Shown here piece by piece: positions 55,327 through 64,000 of a DNA stretch of 64,000 nt. The notes beneath the pieces are model-generated. The model made no database searches and had not been told where the DNA came from. It worked only from the letters and a program-made list of their open reading frames with translations. Source of the DNA: the human T2T-CHM13v2.0 reference genome, Homo sapiens; the NCBI RefSeq assembly GCF_009914755.1, contig NC_060939.1. The stretch is one strand, 5' to 3'. Each line of letters begins with the position of its first letter. Position 1 is the stretch's first letter. Position numbers and translations under genes: made by a program.

Positions 55327-55368
<42 letters not shown>
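55327..55368. repeat. (CA)n microsatellite, ~21 units
   Basis: Directly visible. Confidence 0.95.
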
Positions 55369-55371
<3 letters not shown>

Positions 55372-57393
55372 AAACCCTGTAGCAGGAAGGGGAGGTGCTA
55401 GGAGCCCAGAATAAAAGATTGACTTTAGTTTAGATATCCTTTTTATGCAGAGAACACTAGCTAGTCTTAAATTATGCAGAGAAAAAAACACAATCACCAC
55501 ACAAACATATGGAAATGTAGTAGGTATCCTAAAGAAAAACAAAAACTGGAGTGAAGAAGTTGAAAAGAATTTGGATAAATCAAAGCATACACTGTATGTT
55601 CTGGAATGGAAAGACATGGTATTGTTTAGATGTTTTAATTTTCCCTCAAAGTAATCTACAAATTTAATATGATGCCAATTCAAATCTCAAATCCATTCTT
55701 TCCAAGTCTTGGCAAAAGAAAATCAAAGTGCATCTAGAAGACTAAACATTTAAAACCAGGCAAGAACATTTTAAAGAAATAGATTAAAAGTCCGGGATGG
55801 GGTAAGGGGTAGAACTTGTCCTACCATGTATAAAAATAGATTATAAAGTCAAGGTAATTTAAGTGGTATTGCTCTGGAATATGAATAAACAGACATATGA
55901 ATGTTGAATGAATATGAATAAAAAGTCCAGAAATAGACAAATGGGCACTACTATCTGTGTGCGCATGTGTGCATGCAATGATAACACTGGCAGAGTTGAT
56001 ATTGGTTGTTTCTTCACCACCCAGCATACATGTCCAGCTTCCCTCCCCCAACCCTGCTTAATAGCAGCCAACTTTGTTTCCGGTATGTCTGTAAAAAAAA
56101 AAGTAGCCCATGTGTGACTGAATTCAGTCTGGTAGGACAGGTAAGCAAATTATCATCCTCCTGTATCCAATTAAACACTCCCTCCCAGCTCTTTGACTCT
56201 AATGCAAACAGACCCAGAGGTAAAGAACCATAGGAATTGTCCACTCCTGCAGAACTGCACCCTGGCAAGTTCAGGGTTCCCACTGTAGGCCCCAGTCTCA
56301 GTCAGATTTCTGAGCCAACAGAAGAAGCTTCCTTAGAACCAGCCAGTTTTCAAGCCTGATCTCTAGCCTCCTTGATGATTCAATAGGCCCCACTATCCTC
56401 ACAATAAATGGCCTGTGGCTTTCTTAGTAATTGTAACTTGCTGCAAATGATTTTTAATGATCTGGGTGACATTTCAAATCAGCAGGGAAATACTAGAGTA
56501 TTCAGAAAATGGTTTCAGGTAAACTACTAAACTGTTTAGAGAGAAAAAGTTCAATTCATCGAGTAGATTGTAAAATACTAAAGAGTTAACTATATTAAAA
56601 AAAAGCACACCATAACCAGGAAGTTATTGGGGTAGCATAATCTTGGAAAGGAGACAATCTTTTTAAGCATGATTCTAAGGTAAGATTACAAAGAGAAACA
56701 TTGGTAAATTTGAATATATAAAAATTAAAAAGTTTTCTACTTTTCTGACAAAAATTAAAAGGCAAATAACAATCCAGGGAATATATTTGCCCAATATAAG
56801 TCAAAGGATTCAAAACTATAATATATAAAGAGCTCTTATAAATCATTGATAAATATTTAAATCTATAACTGAGTACAGAACACATACAGACAAAACAGAG
56901 AAGAAAATAAAATATAAATGGTGCATAAACATGAATATATGACATAATTACACATATATGTATAAATACATATAAGCTTATGTATATGCAATTATAAATG
57001 ACTAAAAAGTTTAATCTTACTAGTACTCAAAGAAATTCAAATTAAACAATGAAATCATCTTATATCTTTCAAATTAGCATGGATTAAAAAGAATAACAAC
57101 TTTCAGTGCTGGCAAAGGTGTAGGGGAAGAGCATTATCATATATTGGGAATATAAATGGGTAAACTTCCCTAAAAGGCACTATGTCAATATGCACCAAAT
57201 ACTCTAAAGATACATTCATTTTTATCATGTATATCTAATTTTAGGAGCTGTAAAAAGGATTTAATTTGTATAAGAATAATGGCCATCTCTCTAATTGCAA
57301 AAAGCAGAGATATGGTTAAATAAACAATGTTACATTCATACATATAGAGTAGTCACTACCAATAAAGTTGTAGAATATTTTAAAACATGGAAC

Positions 57394-57977
<584 letters not shown>

Positions 57978-58058
57978 GGAGCATACCTTTTATGTGTTGT
58001 ATAGGTTTTGCAATATTCTATGAAGAACTCAGGGTAGGTCATGTCCACACTGAACAGG

Positions 58059-58479
58059 TGTATTAGTCCATTCTTGCATTGCTAGAATGAAATATCTGAG
58101 ACTGGGTAATTTATAAAGAGGTTTAACTGGCTCATGCAGGCTGTACAGGAAGCATGATGCCAGCATCTGCTTGACTTCTGGGGAGGCTTCAGGAAACTTA
58201 CAATCATGGTGGAAAGTGAAGGGGGAGCCAGAAAGTCACGTGGCCAGAGCAGGAGCCAGAGAGAAAGCAAGGAAGGGAGGTGCCACACACTTTAAACAAC
58301 CAGTTCTCGTGAGAACTCACTCCCTCACTATCATGAGGGCAGCACCGAGGGAATGGTGCTAACCACTCATGAGAATCTGCCCCCATGATCCAATCACCTC
58401 CCAGCAGTCTCCACCTCCAACGCTCGGGATTGCAACTGAACATGAGATTTGGGCAGGGACACAAATCCAAACCATATCA
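58059..58479. mobile_element. MSTA-like MaLR LTR
   Basis: tgtattagtccattcttgcattgc...ccaaaccatatca. Confidence 0.85.
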
Positions 58480-59786
58480 ATAGGAAAGGGAAGCAAGGCC
58501 GAGAAACAGTGAGTGACTTGTCCTAAGTCACATAACCAGGAGGTGGTGAAGCATGGCTTTGATCCTGGATTGCTGACTCCAAATCCAGTACTGTTTGTGC
58601 TGCACACATTGCCCCCAAGCAAATGAACACACTGGTTTGTAGCTCTGAGATTTCTGGCCTTGTATGAGCCAAGGCAGAGGGAGACCTAGGATCAAGTTCT
58701 AAAGTGAGGGAAATATTGATGATTCTGTGGTACCATCAACCAAACAGATGTATGTGAGAGTACATATCTGTGGTACATGATGTTCTTTTTATGTATCCGT
58801 GGAGGTATAGAAAGCGGTAAGAAATAGAGGAGACCAAATCTCCCTTTCCTATACTTCCATGCAGTCTGCGATGTGGGAAAACGGTCTGAGATTAAGACCA
58901 GGAGGGGTCAGCCCTTCAAGCTTGGGCAATGTGTGTGGGCTTTCTTTTTGGTGTGAACCTCCAGACACTGAGTTTCCCTTCACCCAATCACTCTGTCTCC
59001 CCCACACAGAGCCCTGCACTGGAAAATGAGAGTCTAAGAAAAAAATGGCCAGTTCCTTGTAGGTCACCAGATTTTGCTATACTCATAGCACCTAGTATTT
59101 AGGAACAAAAAGGCTGGCCAAGTTATGGATACAAGATGGCAAGTTATCCTTTCAGATGGAGATGGGGATCCAGGTTGTGTCAATTGTCAATCTTAAGGGG
59201 GTCTACACCATACCGAGAATACTTCTGTGCACATCATATAGGGATGAAATCTGATCAATGTTTTCTAGGCCACATTCAACAGACAATAACAAGATGAAGC
59301 CCCAACAATTCATTTTTGTAACTCAGTGGGCAGCTTCAGCATTGAAACTGTGCCAGCGACACTGGTCCTGCTGGCCTTCGTAGATAAGAATGCAGAGAGC
59401 AGCAGGCTTTCCAGTGGCTGCCCCTGTGAATCCAAACAACATGGTCCCAAGCCAAGCAGGCATGGTCCCACAGCAGAAAAGCTTCTGGTAATTCAGCAAT
59501 CACTTCTCAGAATCATAGCCACAGGTAGAGCAGGCAGAGGGCAACTGTGGAGGGACATGGCTCTGAAAGGTAGCCTGCTGTTGCTTCCAAGACAAAGAAA
59601 CGAAGGCCCATGTCCCCATACCCAGGGAACCACAGTCCTATCAGGAGTTTAAGTATATTCATACCAGAATGCAACCAAACACACTGCAATTTCTGTCACA
59701 GCCAGATGTACCTATTACAGTACCATGAGCTAAGTTATTTTGAAATGATCGTTCTATCCAACAAACAAGTTGTTGATCTTCTACAA

Positions 59787-60256
59787 CAAGCTCGTCCAAC
59801 CCACCACGCTGCATGCAGCCCAGGATGGCTTCGAATGAGGCCCAACACAAATTCGTAAACTTCCTTAAAACATTATGAGATATTTTTTGTGACTTATTTT
59901 TTTTTAGCTCATCAGCTGTCGCTAATATTAGTGTATTTTATATGTGGCCCAAGACAATTCTTCTAACGTGGCCCGAGGAAGCCAAAAGACTGAATACCTC
60001 TGTTCTACAATGTACACAGCACACTGTCTACAATTTTCTGAATGTGGCCCAACACAAATTCGTAAACTTTCTTAAAACATTATGAGTTTTTTTTGTGACT
60101 TTTTTTTTTTTTTTTTTTTTAGCTCATCAGCTATCGCTAGTTTTAGTGTATTTTATGTGTGGCCCAAGACAATGCTTCTTCTAACGTGGCCCAAGGAAGC
60201 CAAAAGATTGAATACCTCTGTTCTACAATGTACATAGCACACTGTCTACAATTTTC
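59787..60256. mobile_element. MER30 hAT MITE (59787-60002) plus tandem partial duplicate (60040-60256)
   Basis: 8-bp TSD ttctacaa (59779-59786, 60003-60010). Second copy repeats the 3' part and ~36 bp of flank. Confidence 0.85.
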
Positions 60257-60697
60257 CTGGATCTGAAAGAAAATTCTTTTTAATTGAGAAATGCTAACTA
60301 TATTGTTTTGATATATTCGTCATCCAGCATAATATGTACATCAGCACTTAAAACTGACTTGCAAACTGATTTTTAAAAATTCAATACAAATAAGAATCAA
60401 TGCAACAAATGCTAAAATATAATAGTTACTAAGGATATTTATTCCAAAATAGCACTACGTTGTGATCCTTAAAAATATACTACTAGTAGCTGATTTACAA
60501 GAAGAAAAAGTTTTAATTGTTCTACTTATAAATCAGTAAGTGAATTGTTATCTAACTTATAGAAATAAATCAGCTTAACCTAAATACCCTAAACTAGAAA
60601 ACATCAGAATGAATTGAAAGTGTACATGAGAACCTAAGAATACAGTAAAATTATTTTTAAAATTGCTCTTGTACACAATCAAATCCTATGACCTTTA

Positions 60698-60862
<165 letters not shown>

Positions 60863-61799
60863 TTATTCACTTGGAGAGGCTCAAAGGAAAAATGACATGG
60901 CTTTACAACAGCTTTCATTTATTATACAACAGTTGATCACATAATTACATGAATAACATGTATGTGTTTTAAAGGAAAGTGGTAGGTTATTTCTCAAACT
61001 TCCAAATTCATATGATCTGAAATAGAAAAAGTAAGATCTGTAGGAAGCCATAGCAAGCTACCATGATTTTGTTTAAAACCTATGATGATAAAATATTTAA
61101 GGAGTTAAACTTGAAAGACTGTGCATTATATACTCTTAACAGTGACAAGTTACACATTATTAAAGGAAATCAAGTGAAAGAAGTATATTTATTAGAAGGC
61201 CTTTAGGTTTAATTTTTATTACAGAAAATTTCATACACATGCAAAACCAAAGAAAACAGCATAATGAAGGCACATGTGTCTATCACCCAACATCAATAAT
61301 TAATCCACTTACGGCCAACTGTGTTTCATTTACAGCCCCTACCATCTGAATTATTGTGCAACCAATACCAGGCATCATATAATTTTACCCTTAAATCTTT
61401 CTAAAGGAATTGAGAAGCTTTCTGAAAACATAGCCAAAATAGTCATCATATCTATAATAAATAAAAATTCATTAATATCATCAGATACTGAGTTCACATT
61501 TCCCTAATTGTCTAAATTTTTTCACACTTTGAATCAGGCCACACAGGATACAAAGCAGGTCCATGTGGTACAACTGGCTGTTAGGAATCTTAGACAGTCT
61601 ATGGGTTTCCCATCCACTTTTTCCTCTGTGAAATTTACTGAAGAAACCAGTTCATTTGTCCTAAAGAGTTTCTTACAGTCTAAACTTTCTGATTGTAGTC
61701 CTCTATCATTAAACATTTCTCTAGCCTCTGTATTTCTTGTAATTTGGTGATTAAATACAGAGGTTTGGCCAAATTCAGATCAATAAAAGGCAAATATTG

Positions 61800-62098
61800 T
61801 CTCTCTCTCTTTTTTTTTTTTTTTGTGATGGAGTCTCACTCTGTCGCTGGAGTGCAGTGGCACAATCTCGGCTCATTGCAACCTCTGCCTCCCGGGTTCA
61901 AGCGATTATCTTGCCTCAGCCTCCTGAGTAGCTGGGACTACAGGTGCGCACAACCACACCCAGCTAATTTTTGTATTTTTAGTAGAGACAGGGTTTCACC
62001 ATGTTGGCCAGGACGGTCTCGATCTCTTGACCTCATGATCTGCCCTCCTTGGCCTCCCAAAGTGCTGGGATTACAGGCATGAGCCACCACGCCCGGCC
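61800..62098 (-). mobile_element. AluS within L1MC-like sequence (~61200-63680)
   Basis: TSD aatattgtctctct on both sides. Confidence 0.85.
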
Positions 62099-62516
62099 AA
62101 TATTGTCTCTCTTTTTGTGATGTTAGCGGCCATTTTTAATGATGACAGACTCATTAATTTATTAGGGTTTCCAAAATAGTGCTAGTCTCACTCTGTCATT
62201 TTTTCTTTATGAATAAGAATACATATAGAGACACAGACTTTTCCTCATCAACTGTTTTGTTACCCTGAGGTATAGTTCATATATGAAAAGCAGGATATAT
62301 ACTTGACTCTTTCTGTTCATTTTCCAGGCTTTAAAATAATTTTAAATTTTGCAAAATGAACTCAAGGAAGTCTGTATGCTTAATTAGCACTCTTTCTGCA
62401 CCTATGTAAATAATTAGGCCAAATCTAATGAAGAAAGACCCTTTTTGTGATGGAGAATAACCTTTAAGATTAATCTGATCAAGAGGCGGGGAGACTGGCA
62501 TTAAAACTTGTTAAAG

Positions 62517-62553
<37 letters not shown>

Positions 62554-62924
62554 CACTGGATATTCTGTCTAATGCACACTTCAGGGTTATTTCTGCCTTT
62601 CAATGTCTTTATGCTATTTCAAAACTCTGCATAAAACTGATAAAACTGATAGTTTATCAACTGATAGTTGTATAAAACTGATAGTAGTGCAAATGATTCT
62701 TGACGATACAAATGTAAAGGAATTTTGTCCAGTAGAACGTAACTGATTATTGCCCCACTGATATTGGCCACTTTTACATTTATTTGTAAATTTATTTCAG
62801 CATTCCTGATTGCTTATATGTGTGCAGTGTTTGAATTAACCTTTGAACTGCTTGTAACATCTTACTGATTTCCTCATTAAATAATGAGTTAGACATAGTC
62901 TTTGACACATGTCTATTTTTTTAA

Positions 62925-63262
<338 letters not shown>

Positions 63263-63681
63263 TTAACAATATCATGAAATAGTATTTTGTCTGTTTGGTG
63301 GAGAGGGGAGTGAGTTTGAGTCATTATGAGCCAAGAACTTAAACACATTTGATAGTTTTAATCATCTGCATCATTAGACAGAGTCCACTCAAGTTGACAC
63401 CTGGGTCCTTTCAACACAACTCCAGTAGACCTTGACAGCTATCTGGCTTTCTGTATGAGAAGATAGCACAGGATCATCTTACAGTTTTCTACCCAAGAGA
63501 CCTATAATCAGCCATTTCTCCAGTAAGTCCAGGTTCCATTCAATGAGAATGGTATTCAGATACCATAATTTTTGTGCTACAGGTGCTGTTTGCTACTTGG
63601 AGCTTCATTGTTTTCAGTTGTCAGACATATCATGAGTTCACAATTATGTTTCTGATTTAAATTCAACACTACTAAGTTTTC

Positions 63682-64000
63682 ACAATGAGATACCATCTCA
63701 CACCAGGCTATTACTAAAAAGTAAAAAATAACATGTTAGCAAGGATGTGGAGAAAAGGGAACACTTATACACTGTTGGTGGAAATGTAAATTAGTTCAGC
63801 CACTGTGGAAAGCAATGTGGAGATTTCTCAAATAACTAAAAGCAGAACGACCATTCGACCCAGCAATCCCATTACTAGGTATATACCCAAAGGAAAATAC
63901 ATTGTTTTGCCAAAAAATAAAAAACCCCACCTTCACCCATATGTTCACCACAGCATTATTCACAATAGCAAAGTCATAGAACCAACCCAGGTGCCCATCA
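63682..64000 (+). mobile_element. L1P/L1MA 3' ORF2 fragment, truncated by the window
   Basis: cacaatgagataccatctcacacca...ccattcgacccagcaatcccattact. Confidence 0.85.

Overview
Primate, very likely human, genomic DNA. The window lies inside ENTREP2 (FAM189A1; human 15q13.1 by recall), transcribed on the minus strand. Two coding exons (60725-60835 and 4810-4944) bound a single ~55.8-kb intron that is mostly transposable elements: Alus, L1 of many ages, ERV LTRs, MaLR and hAT MITEs. Almost all listed ORFs are repeat-derived or spurious. The most informative object is a 6.2-kb TSD-flanked DCAF6 retrocopy (37290-43525, minus). It is spliced through its 5' coding exons, then appears to read through a splice donor and carry ~4.7 kb of parental intron to an intronic poly(A) site, i.e. 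a fossil of a truncated DCAF6 isoform. Other oddities: an LTR12 flanked by a ~155-bp host duplication instead of a 4-bp TSD; a polyadenylated orphan fragment inside an LTR6-like LTR; and a 5'-inverted L1PA nested in a 5'-inverted L1PB. Gene and subfamily names come from recognising sequence, not from database searches. Repeat boundaries without TSDs are approximate. I found no evidence of a new multi-gene system.
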